A DNA stretch of 62,542 bases, the filler included, from Methanobacteriota archaeon (GTDB taxonomy: Archaea; JACRDV01): NCBI GenBank assembly GCA_024860865.1. It is 9 parts of 9 records of this genome, joined end to end, with 100 filler letters (N's around TTAATTAATTAA, not from the genome) between each part and the next. Parts side by side here need not be neighbours in the genome. Positions count along the whole stretch, not along the records: positions 1 to 8,419 come from JACRDV010000114.1; positions 8,520 to 19,478 come from JACRDV010000115.1; 7 more parts are not named here. The stretch is one strand, 5' to 3'. Under the pieces are notes generated by a model, which saw only the letters and a list, made by a program, of their open reading frames with translations, ran no database searches and was not told the DNA's origin. Numbering within the stretch: the first letter of the stretch is position 1; every line of letters begins with the position of its first letter. Shown here in pieces: positions 1 to 9,423 of the stretch. The position numbers and the translations under genes were made by a program.

Positions 1-222
1 CTTTTTTCTAACTTGAAAGCACTTATGGGTAGAATATCTAATTATCCAATGAGAAAATAACTTTAAACAAAAGTAGGTCGCACTCGTGGAATACCAAATG
101 TTAGGATTTTTCTTAGGTGGATGAAGGAGCTAAATACATACGTTTAATAAATATTGCTGAATTCGGCGTTAATTATCATGTCATAGTTATTGCATGCCCA
201 ACCCTCGCATTTAGGGCAGTTG

Positions 223-252
223 GCTCACAGGTCCTATTGGTTCCCTATGAGC
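223..252 (-). promoter_or_regulatory. Archaeal-type SECIS element (3' UTR of hdrA-mvhD)
   Basis: Minus strand reads GCUCAUAGG-GAA-CC-AAUA-GG-A-CCUGUGAGC: 9-bp stem, GAA/A internal loop and short GC apical stem, directly after the mvhD stop. Confidence 0.85.
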
Positions 253-253
253 A

Positions 254-654
254 TCATCCTTTTAATGGATTTAAGCCCAATTTTTGGACCATTTCGGTCA
301 TTTCTTTTACCGCTTCAACGAATTTATCTGCTTCAGCTGAAGTTATGAAATATATGTTGACTCTATCGCTTCCAAGTCCAAGATCTGCGAGCAAGCGTTT
401 AGTTAAAAGCACTCGCCTTTCAGCTGCGATATTTCCGCTGGTATATCCACACTCGCCTTTCTTTCATCCCACAACCATAACTCCATCAGCGCCTTTTTCA
501 ATAGCCCTCAGCAACAATGGAACATCGATGATCCCTGTGCATGGAACTCTGATTATTCGAACAGCAGATGCATATTGAGCTCTTGAAACTCCTGCTAAAT
601 CAGCGGCAGCATAACCTCACTTATAACATGCAAAACAAATTATCTTTATCCCAA
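254..654 (-). CDS. mvhD: Hydrogenase iron-sulfur subunit D (MvhD/VhuD), selenoprotein with two Sec
   Basis: Not in ORF track. Manual translation IKIICFACYK-U-GYAAADLAGVSRAQY..RVPCTG..GADGVMVVG-U-KKGEC..LGLNPLKG; TGA at 617-619 and 464-466 match the Sec positions of methanococcal VhuD. Start ambiguous: TTG at 654 is one base out of frame, ATA at 649 is in frame. Confidence 0.9.
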
Positions 655-656
655 GT

Positions 657-3600
657 CTACACCTCGCTCTTTAGCAATGCTTCTAATTGAGCAATTAATT
701 GTTTATCTCTGTAATATCTTAATATCGCTGCTCCAGTTGGACAAGCGCCAGCACAGATTCCACAACCTTGGCAGAGAACTTCATTTACTTTTGCAAATCT
801 CTTTTTGTCAACTAATACCATTTCAATCGCACCATATGGGCAAACTCGTTTGCAGATCGCACATGATATGCAAGCATCTTTATCAATTATTGCTTTTATG
901 AGTTCGAGTTCAATTTGTCCCATTTTAAGAGGAATTAAAGCCGCAGATGCTGCTCCTTTAGCTTGTGCAACTGTATCGCTGATGTCCTTAGGAAATTGAG
1001 CACAACCGCATATGTAAATTCCTGATTTTCTAGTATCTAATGGGCCAAGTTTTGGATGGGACTCCTCGAAGAAGCCATCCGGTGAAAGAGTTAGCCCTAG
1101 TTTGTCAGCAAGCTCCTTTGTTCCAGGCGATGGTACAAGTGGGCAAGATAATACAACATAATCAGATTCAAGATCCAGCTCACTGCTGAGGAATTGGTCG
1201 AAAATTTTTAAAGATATTTTTTGCCCGTTAGGTTCAATACGAGGTGGATTATTAGAATGAAAATTTAAAAATGCAACTCCCATTTCTTGGGCTTTCAGGT
1301 AATACTCTTCCATCCCTCGGCCATTAGCAATAATGTCTTGATAACATACATAAACATCAGCGTGTGGATATTTCTCTTTAATAAGTTGTGCATTCTTCAA
1401 AGCAGTGTTGCAACATATTCTTGAGCAATATTTTCTCCCTTTAGTTTCACGGGCTCCAACGCATTGAATCATTGCGATAATTTTAGGATTTCCCAGTTTA
1501 TTTTGTTTTAATAACTGTTCTAATTGCAATTGCGTTATGATGTTTGGATGTGTTCCGAATCCATATTTTCCAATTGGAGTAAACTCTTGCGCTCCAGTAG
1601 CTACTATAATTACACCCGCTTTCAATTTGGTCCCATTTGGGCCTAATTTAACTTCAAAATCTCCAATATTACCTTTTACTTCATCTAAAGTGGTTGAGGT
1701 ATGCAGTATAATATTTGGGTCACTCTTTACCTGCTTAATTAGGGATTCAATTATTACAGCAGCATTTTCATTAGTTGGGGAGACTTTGTTCAATTTGGTT
1801 ACAATTCCTCCTACATCTTTTTGCATTTCTACAACATTCACTTTAAATCCTTGATTTGCAATTTCAAGTGCTGCTGTTAGTCCAGCTACTCCTCCTCCGA
1901 TAACTAATGCACTAGGTTCAACTGATACGATTTTTGACGGCACTATTTCTAAGAATTTAGCTCGAGCAACTGCAGCTCGCACAAGTTCTTTTGCCTTATC
2001 AGTTGCAGCTTTTCGGTCATACATATGAGTCCAAGAATCATGTTCCCGAATATTTGCCATTTCGAAGTAATATGGACTCAAGCCAGCTTGACGAAGAGCA
2101 TTTCTAAAAGTTTGCTCGTGCATTTTAGGTGAGCAGGCAGCAACAACTATGCGATTAAGATCTAGTTCCTTCACTTTTTCTCTAATTTTAGCCTGTGCAG
2201 GTTCAGAACACATAAAGAGGTCATCAGTAGAAAAAACGACATCTGGCAAAGACTTAGCATATTCAACGACTTTTGAGATGTCAACTGTTCCTGCTATATT
2301 TATGCCACAATGACAAACAAAAACTCCAATTCGTGCTTTATCAGGTGGTATTTCTTCGTACTCAACTTTCTTAACTTCCATAACTTTGGTAGGCTTTCCT
2401 AAGGAATTAGCAGCTGCACAGGCGGCAGCGCGTCCTTGAGCAACTGAATCTGGAATATCCTTTGGACCTTGGGCCAAACCAGCCAAAAATATGCCTTCCT
2501 TTGGTGTGGCAACTGGATTACTCTTTAAATTAAATTCTCTGAAGAAACCATCTTGAGCAAGCTCTATTCCAAGTTTTTTTGCCATTTCTGATTGATTTTT
2601 AGTTTTAATTAAGCCAGCTGATAACACAACTAGGTCGGCTTGTAATTCAATTACTTCATTGGTTATAGTGTTTATAGCTTTTACAAAGAGATTTTTTGTT
2701 AAAGAGTCTTCTATTATTTGCGCTACTCGTCCGCGAATATATTTTACCCCAAATTGTTGCTCTGCGCGCTTGCGATATTCTTCATAACCTTTACCATATG
2801 CTCTAAGATCCAAATAACATACGTAAACTTCGGCAGATGGATCATGTTGTTTAATTAGCTGAGCATTTTTAGTCGCAAACATACAACAAACGCGAGAACA
2901 GTATTGATTCGTTTTTTGATCGCGAGAACCGACACATTGAATAAAAATAACTCTTTTAGGCTCTTTTCCATCTGACAAGCGCTTTAGATTACCTTGTGTC
3001 GGCCCGGTAGGAGAGAGCATTCTTTCAAGTTGGAGAGTTGTAATTACATTTTCATAAACACCATAGCCATATTCTTTCTTAATGTGCGGATCGAACTCAT
3101 CAAATCCAGTTGCAACAATAATCGCATTTACATTTAAAGTAATTTCTTGTGATCGTTGGTCAAGATTTATTGCATCAGGGTCACAAACATCAATACACAG
3201 ACCGCAACCAATACAAAAATCCTGGTCAATTGTATATATTAGTGGAACTGCTTGCGGAAATGGAACATAAATTGCTTTTCGTACACCCAAACCTACTTCA
3301 AATTCATTTGGTATTTCTATTGGGCAAACTTCGGGGCACAAACCACAACCAGTGCACTTTTTTTCGTCAACATATCTGGACTTCTTAAGTATTTTAATAG
3401 CAAAATTACCTGCACTACTGGTTACTTCCTGCACTTCAGAGTAGGTGAGGAGATTGAGATTCGGATGGCGGGCTGCTTCAACTAATTTTGCGGCTAAAAT
3501 TCACATAGCACAGTCATCGGTAGGGAAAGTCTTATTTAGCTGAGCCATTCGGCCGCCTAAGCTTGGGCTTCTTTCAACTAGATGCACCTGATAGCCTTGG

Positions 3601-3668
3601 TTTGCTAAATCAAGCGCAGCCGTTATGCCTGCTATTCCTCCACCGATAACTAAAACCGATTTTTCCAT
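657..3668 (-). CDS. hdrA: Heterodisulfide reductase subunit A-like flavoprotein, two HdrA modules, Sec at codon 56 (1003 aa)
   Basis: ORF 657..3434 extends in frame through TGA 3501-3503 to ATG 3668 with a [39 protein letters not shown]; two GxGxxG motifs, two QCVG/CSRxCC motifs, ferredoxin motifs. Confidence 0.93.
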
Positions 3669-3749
3669 CTAATACCTCCAGCTTAAGCTCAATTTCTCCT
3701 TTGCTCATTTTCAGCAGCTGAAATCGAGTCGGGCTTGACCAACTCTCCT

Positions 3750-3774
3750 GTGCGATCCATATAGGTTCTCGCGC
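3750..3774 (-). promoter_or_regulatory. SECIS-like hairpin in hdrA 5' leader
   Basis: GCGCGA-GAA-CC-UAUAU-GG-A-UCGCAC; same GAACC-n-GGA core as the 223-252 element, shorter stem. Confidence 0.5.
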
Positions 3775-3803
3775 TTTCATAGCGATTTCAGACAGCTTTC
3801 TCC

Positions 3804-4070
3804 CTAGGATTGTTTGAGCTTTGCTGCCGATATTTTTATTAATGAACCCAATTCATCTGCGAGAGCTTGCATTTCATCCTTTAAGAATTCTTCTATGGTT
3901 TTTTCTGAGCTAAGTATTTTAGCCAGTTCCTTTAGAACTTTACATTTCCCTCTCACACTATGTAACTTCTGCTGAACAAATATCGGAGGCCCTTTAGCAA
4001 GCTCATCTTCAGCCACTTTTTCAAGGGTTTCTATGTCTTCTAACAACTCTTTTGCTTTCAATTCTACCAC
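3804..4070 (-). CDS. Hypothetical helical protein upstream of hdrA
   Basis: 88-aa ORF with protein-like composition, co-oriented with hdrA. Confidence 0.6.
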   Translation of the reverse strand: MVELKAKELLEDIETLEKVAEDELAKGPPIFVQQKLHSVRGKCKVLKELAKILSSEKTIEEFLKDEMQALADELGSLIKISAAKLKQS

Positions 4071-4120
4071 ACATAATGAAAAAATATTTATTCACAGTCA
4101 AAGTCTTTTTGGTAGATAAT

Positions 4121-4783
4121 ATGCGTATTCTAGTTATATCTGATATTCATGGGGCCAGGTTTGTCCCTTCTTTGGTAAGGAATTACTTAAAAAAAGAAAC
4201 TATTGATTGCATAGCAATTAACGGTGATATTACTAATTTTGGGCCTTTATCTGTAGCTGAAGAAATTCTTAGTGAAATTACAGACAGCGGTATCCTAACT
4301 TTGGTTGTTCCAGGAAATTGCGATCCAAAAGATATCCTAAATATCATTGATGATTCACCAGCATCAAATCTTCACGGCAAAAGTGAAATTATTAAAAATA
4401 TAGCTTTTGCTGGACTTGGCGGCTCTAACATAACTCCATTTAACACACCTTTTGAGCTAACTGAAGAAGAAATTGAAACGACCTTGAGTAAGGCTTTGGC
4501 TGGTATAGAGGAAATTCCTACAAAAATTTTAATTACACATGCTCCACCGAAAAATACTCGTGCAGATGTTACCGGTTCGGGAATGCATGTGGGCAGCAAT
4601 AGTATTAGAAAAATTGTAGAAGATTTTCAACCATCAGTTTTGATCTGTGCGCACATTCATGAGGCAAGAGTAATTGATAAACTTAATAATACAATTATTG
4701 TGAATCCAGGTGAAGCCTCCAAAAGAAGAGCAGCTTTAATTCAGGTAGAGAAAGAGACTAGTGCGAAATTAATTGAGCTTTAA
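4121..4783 (+). CDS. Metallophosphoesterase (calcineurin-like, Icc family)
   Basis: SDIHG, GDIT, PGNCD, THAPP, HIHE motifs; likely start ATG 4121. Confidence 0.9.
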   Translation: MRILVISDIHGARFVPSLVRNYLKKETIDCIAINGDITNFGPLSVAEEILSEITDSGILTLVVPGNCDPKDILNIIDDSPASNLHGKSEIIKNIAFAGLGGSNITPFNTPFELTEEEIETTLSKALAGIEEIPTKILITHAPPKNTRADVTGSGMHVGSNSIRKIVEDFQPSVLICAHIHEARVIDKLNNTIIVNPGEASKRRAALIQVEKETSAKLIEL

Positions 4784-5033
4784 TTCAGTCATAATGCTTG
4801 CTTCTAAGAAAATTTACTTTCGATGACCTCTCTCTTACAAAGGAATTTCAAAAGCAATCGAGAGGCGCCAGAATTTTTCGATTATGCGGTCTTATGCTTG
4901 CCTTCTTTCCCGAAAATCGAGAAGTTTGGCAAAATTTGAAATATACGAAACAATCGCTACCCATTATAAAAAGGATTTGATGGACCAAATCCTATTAGTA
5001 ATTCAAGAAAATTAGAGAAATTGAGGTGAATAG

Positions 5034-5444
5034 ATGAAAAAGGTATCAGTGATGTGTTTTCATGATGAGCTTTGCCAAGTTTTTAATGCGTTAATGACTG
5101 CTCTAAGCCTGCTTCGCTCTGGTTCAGATGTTACAGTATTCTTCGGGTCTCGCGGTATAAATGCTGTACACAAGCAAAAAATAAAAGAGTTAAAGTGTAT
5201 GCCGGATGCACCAAAAGAAATAAGTGACGCTGTCATGAAAAAAATGGAGGAGATGGCGCTACCAACCGCAGAAGATTTGTTGACTATGCTTTTAGCAGAG
5301 GGCGCACTAGTTCTAGCATGCCCCTTAAATAGAGACGTATTCGGTTTCAAAGACTGGGATTTCGTAGAGGGCGTAAAAATAGCTGATCCATCAACATATT
5401 ACACAGAAATAGTCATGAAGGCAGACATGAACCTGACATTTTGA
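5034..5444 (+). CDS. DsrE/DsrF/DrsH-like protein
   Basis: VTVFF..G, LAC motif, AD.NLTF C-terminus; GAGGTG RBS. Confidence 0.7.
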   Translation: MKKVSVMCFHDELCQVFNALMTALSLLRSGSDVTVFFGSRGINAVHKQKIKELKCMPDAPKEISDAVMKKMEEMALPTAEDLLTMLLAEGALVLACPLNRDVFGFKDWDFVEGVKIADPSTYYTEIVMKADMNLTF

Positions 5445-5590
5445 TAATCGAACTAAGAAAATGAGTAATTATAATAAATTGAATACAATTGTTAAAGGAA
5501 AAAAGTCTAAGGCAACTAAAAAATATGTCTCTTTTTTTCACCATTCCTACTGGGGATATACTCGCAGTTTTCACATTTGATTATCAGTAG

Positions 5591-6469
5591 TTGGGGAAGA
5601 GCTTGCAAATTTTTGATTATAAATCAACTGATCTTTCTAAACAGTTAGCACAAGAATATGGTTACGATGAATTTTTGATTCGAAGATACCTCACATTCTT
5701 TGGTCAGGAAGAAACTATCCAATTACTAGAAGCTAATGAAAGACCTCTCAAAACTTCAATATTGGTAAACACGCTAAGAATATCTGTTGATAGTTTAAAG
5801 TCACGCTTAGAGAGCAAAGGAATTAAACTTGAAAAAATTCCTTGGATTCCGAACGGATTTTGGGTTCTTGAAGCCCCTTTTTCAGTTGGAGCGACAACAG
5901 AGTATTTGCTTGGCCATTATTACTTGCAAGAAGCAGCTGCTATGTTGCCTGCTTTTGTTTTAGATCCAAAGCAAAATGAAGTTGTTATCGATATGTGCGC
6001 AGCTCCCGGCGGCAAAACAATTCAGCTAGCGCAGTTAATGGAAAACCATGGATGTATATTGGCACTTGAAGTTGATTTGCGCCGTACGAAAGCTTTGCGT
6101 TCAAATTTATCTAGATGTGGAGTTAAAAATGCTATTATTTTTAGAATGAGTGCATTAGATTTAACCCAGCTAGACGTTCAAGCTGATAAAATTCTTTTAG
6201 ATGCTCCATGCACTGGAGAGGGAGTAATTAGAAAAGACCCAACAAGAAAAAAGAGTCGAGGTCCACCTGATATCGAATTTTGCTCTGCGCTTCAAACGAA
6301 GTTGATTGATGTTGCTGTTAATTGCCTTAAAGAAGGTGGTATTTTGGTTTACTCAACTTGCTCGCTTGCTCCAGAGAAAAATGAGTTGGTAATTGATTAT
6401 GTAATCAAAAAACATAACTTGAAAGTCTTGCCAACCGAAATCGAAGTGGGTGAAAGCGCACTCACATGA
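5591..6469 (+). CDS. RsmB/NOP2 RNA m5C methyltransferase, apparently C-terminally truncated
   Basis: DMCAAPGGKT, LLDAPCTG, YSTCS motifs; lacks the usual terminal RxxPH..GFF segment. Confidence 0.85.
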   Translation: MGKSLQIFDYKSTDLSKQLAQEYGYDEFLIRRYLTFFGQEETIQLLEANERPLKTSILVNTLRISVDSLKSRLESKGIKLEKIPWIPNGFWVLEAPFSVGATTEYLLGHYYLQEAAAMLPAFVLDPKQNEVVIDMCAAPGGKTIQLAQLMENHGCILALEVDLRRTKALRSNLSRCGVKNAIIFRMSALDLTQLDVQADKILLDAPCTGEGVIRKDPTRKKSRGPPDIEFCSALQTKLIDVAVNCLKEGGILVYSTCSLAPEKNELVIDYVIKKHNLKVLPTEIEVGESALT

Positions 6470-7008
6470 AAGTGGAAAAAGCTACAAGCAATGAAATAGA
6501 GAGGATTAAAAAAACAATTGACCAAGATTTTGAAGAGCAAGGATTATTTGATAAGGCTTTTAAGGACATGGAATTTGTTGCAGTTAGAGGGCGGTGGACA
6601 GAAATCTTTATATTTCCAAAAGAAAATTCTGAATTCTTAGTTAATGTTCTTAAGCGTTATTTGCCCTATTCTCTCGGGATATGTATAGGAGAATTCCATG
6701 ATAAATTTTTTAGAATTGGATTAGAGGGAATCTATGAAATATCCAAATATACAACAAAGAAGAAAGTTTGGATTATTCCTAAAGCAGAACAATTAGTTTT
6801 ATATGGTCGAGATGTCTTTGGAAGTTCAGTCAGCCGTGTTTGTTCGTATATTAAGAAAAATGATCGTGTTATTGTTGTTAATGAATTCGATGATCCCATC
6901 GCAATTGGCAAAGCATTAGTTCCAAGTGATGAAATAAAAGAAGCTGGCAATAAAGTTGTAATAGAAAATCTTCTGGACAGAGGTTGGTACCTAAGGAAAG
7001 GAAGGTGA
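6466..7008 (+). CDS. NIP7-like PUA-domain protein
   Basis: LYGRDV..S and DRGWYLR motifs. Confidence 0.8.
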   Translation: MKVEKATSNEIERIKKTIDQDFEEQGLFDKAFKDMEFVAVRGRWTEIFIFPKENSEFLVNVLKRYLPYSLGICIGEFHDKFFRIGLEGIYEISKYTTKKKVWIIPKAEQLVLYGRDVFGSSVSRVCSYIKKNDRVIVVNEFDDPIAIGKALVPSDEIKEAGNKVVIENLLDRGWYLRKGR

Positions 7009-7012
7009 TTTC

Positions 7013-7801
7013 ATGGAGAGCAAAGTTGAAGTTAAAGCCCCAATAAAGATTCAAAAAGGCGATTTCATTCGCTTAAACTATGTTGCTCGAATTAAAGATA
7101 CTGGTAAATTATTTGATTGTACTATTGAAGAAATTGCAAAAAGAGAATTGGGAGAAGAAGTAAAGGGAGTTCAGTTCAAACCAACTAATCTTATTGTAGG
7201 AGCGCGTCAGGTAATAGAAGGACTGGATGTTGCTTTAGAAGGAGTTGAAGTAGGGCAACAAAAAGAAGTGGAAATACCTCCTGAAAAAGCATTTGGACTT
7301 AGAGATCCAAAGTTAGTGAAAATAGTTTCTGCCAAGCAATTTACAGGTCAAGGTCTTAAACCTAAACCTGGTATGCGTGTGACAATTGATGACAGATCAG
7401 CTCGAATTCAAAGTGTAAGTGGCGGCCGGGTTATAGTTGATATGAACCATGAGCTTGCTGGTAAAACTATAAAGTATGAATTTAAAGTTGAAGAAAAAAT
7501 CGAAAACCCGGTTGAGCAAGTTCGATCTCTCCTTGAATATTATTTCCCTGGTGCTGAAGCACATCAGGTCGAGGTTAAAGGATCTGAAGTTACAATAAAA
7601 CTGGCTGAAACTTATAAGTTCGATCAACGTGCAATAGTCGGCAAACAACGCTTTTTATGGCAAATTTTCCGGCATATCCCTACCATTACAAAAATCACTT
7701 TTATTGAAGAGCATTTAAAGCCAGAAGAAAAGAAAGAGAAAATAGATTTGGGTAGCTTAGTTGAAGGCTTACCAAAAGCAGAAGATATCAAGCCAATATA
7801 A
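7013..7801 (+). CDS. slyD: FKBP-type peptidyl-prolyl isomerase (long archaeal SlyD type)
   Basis: IPPEKAFG.RDP and GRVIVDMNHELAGK motifs. Confidence 0.9.
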   Translation: MESKVEVKAPIKIQKGDFIRLNYVARIKDTGKLFDCTIEEIAKRELGEEVKGVQFKPTNLIVGARQVIEGLDVALEGVEVGQQKEVEIPPEKAFGLRDPKLVKIVSAKQFTGQGLKPKPGMRVTIDDRSARIQSVSGGRVIVDMNHELAGKTIKYEFKVEEKIENPVEQVRSLLEYYFPGAEAHQVEVKGSEVTIKLAETYKFDQRAIVGKQRFLWQIFRHIPTITKITFIEEHLKPEEKKEKIDLGSLVEGLPKAEDIKPI

Positions 7802-8123
7802 ATGACTCTTGTTATCTCTAAGTCCCTATTTTGCTATAAAAGTTTATTCCGCGATACTTTCTGATAAAGCACCAAAATTAACATTTGTACTATTAGTAGT
7901 TACAGCAATGAAAAATTTGTTTTTCGGCCTATAAAATATTCGCATTTTTTAGTCAACATTGCAGTTCTATATTTGTAGCATTTCTTCTATTTGTTACCAC
8001 CGGTCAAGCAGACCAGTGGGATTTTAAATTTTCAGGTTAGAAATGGATTAAAAAGCCAAATAGAAAATTTTAAGGATTTCTATTATTTATTAAATTTTAG
8101 AACTTTTAGAGGTGAAATAACCC

Positions 8124-8419
8124 ATGGTAAGCTATATAGAAACTGGAATTGGGTTAATTATGATTTTTGTTGGACTTATCTCTATATTTTTAATTGGGCG
8201 CTGTATGCCAGAATTAAGCAAAGGTGCACTCAAAGCATTTTGTAATAGGTTTACAATTGCTATTGCATTTGTATTATGTTTTTCTATTTGGCATACTCTG
8301 AGGGAGTACTTTGAGTGGAAAGAGAATATAGGGGAATTTATGGAATATCCTGAGTTTATTTTCATTATTTTGGCTTATATTTCGTTTTTCATCACTGCTT
8401 GGAAGATGACCGAAGTAGC
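8124..8419 (+). CDS. Membrane protein, cut by contig end
   Basis: Three hydrophobic segments, GGTGA RBS. Confidence 0.55.
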
Positions 8420-8519
8420 NNNNNNNNNNNNNNNNNNNNNNNNNNNNNNNNNNNNNNNNNNNNTTAATTAATTAANNNNNNNNNNNNNNNNNNNNNNNNN
8501 NNNNNNNNNNNNNNNNNNN
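8420..8519. other. Artificial contig linker (also 19479-19578, 25229-25328, 33831-33930, 37677-37776, 43497-43596, 52493-52592, 57974-58073)
   Basis: Identical 100-nt N-run/TTAATTAATTAA/N-run spacers with stops in all frames; genes broken on both sides. Confidence 0.98.
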
Positions 8520-8521
8520 CC

Positions 8522-8647
8522 AGAATTTCAGATGATGATGTTAAACTTGTAGCTGAGCAAGCAAAAGTCACTGAAGAACAAGCTAGGAAGGCACTTGAAC
8601 AGACAAATGGAGATTTAGCAGCTGCAATATTGCTTTTGCAAAAGTAG
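8522..8647 (+). CDS. nac: Nascent polypeptide-associated complex protein, C-terminal UBA part (partial)
   Basis: Manual translation [38 protein letters not shown]. Confidence 0.85.
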   Translation, partial: RISDDDVKLVAEQAKVTEEQARKALEQTNGDLAAAILLLQK

Positions 8648-8675
8648 ATTTACTATATAATAAATAATTATAATT

Positions 8676-9422
8676 ATGTTTAGAACAGCTGAAATGCGAA
8701 AAGTCTGGATCTTTGTTGATATGGAGAACGTTGATAAAGTAACTCGTGCTTTGCATAAGTTTGGTTCTATTCAACTTATTGATATTTCAAAAAAATATGA
8801 AAAGCTAGAGATTAAGCCTATCTATCGAAGGTTAGCAATATGCGCAGAGCTGTTAGGGCAAATAGATGAAATGCTAAATCTCTTTCCAAAAAAAGAACCA
8901 ATTTTAAAGAGATTATTTGGAATCGGAGAGAGCAGATATCCGGTTACAAGGGAAGAAGTCGAACAAACAACTGCAGATGCATTTGGTTTAGTAAGAAATG
9001 CAAGAGATGATATTTTCAAATCCAAAAGTAAGCTACTTCGAATTGAAGATAATATTTTGCAGATAGTTAAACTAAAAGAACTTTTGACTACTTTTAAAAC
9101 AGAGGTTCAACCAATTTTTACAGAAATAGCTGAGATTGCAAGCCTAGAGGAAGAGAGCGAGAAGTCAATAGCTGAAGCTCAAAAAGAAGCTGAAAAAATT
9201 ATTTCTGAAGCCGAATTGTTTGCGCAGCAGCATATTGAAAAAGTTGAGAAAGAAACACATAAACAAGTAGATAAAACTGCCAAAGAAGCAAAAGAAAAAG
9301 CCGAACTTGAAGCCAATAAGCTCATTCAGCAAGTTCAATCCGAAATACAAAGGCTCAAAGAGACTAGAGGTAGCCAGCTCCCCAAAGCGGTTGATTTAAT
9401 CGTAGAAGAGTGCGGGGGTTAG
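8676..9422 (+). CDS. Fusion of A/V-ATPase subunit I N-terminal fragment and subunit H(G)-like coiled coil
   Basis: MFRTAEMRKV..LHKFGSIQLID is the subunit I N-terminus; aa ~147-248 is an E/A/K coil ending KAVDLIVE, like AhaH. Confidence 0.7.
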   Translation: MFRTAEMRKVWIFVDMENVDKVTRALHKFGSIQLIDISKKYEKLEIKPIYRRLAICAELLGQIDEMLNLFPKKEPILKRLFGIGESRYPVTREEVEQTTADAFGLVRNARDDIFKSKSKLLRIEDNILQIVKLKELLTTFKTEVQPIFTEIAEIASLEEESEKSIAEAQKEAEKIISEAELFAQQHIEKVEKETHKQVDKTAKEAKEKAELEANKLIQQVQSEIQRLKETRGSQLPKAVDLIVEECGG

Positions 9423-9423
9423 A

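Noticed and set aside
194-222. Second hairpin downstream of the SECIS
   Set aside because: No GAA/A motif; at most a stability or terminator structure
117-578. 153-aa plus-strand ORF
   Set aside because: Antisense shadow of the Sec-containing mvhD
657-3668. hdrA and mvhD as nonsense pseudogenes
   Set aside because: All three stops are TGA at known Sec positions and a SECIS is present
4798-4980. 60-aa ORF with a GNAT-like first ten residues
   Set aside because: Similarity does not continue; cannot support a call
8420-8519. Recurring TTAATTAATTAA palindrome in N runs
   Set aside because: Artificial contig spacer; ORF extensions into X residues and cross-linker synteny are meaningless
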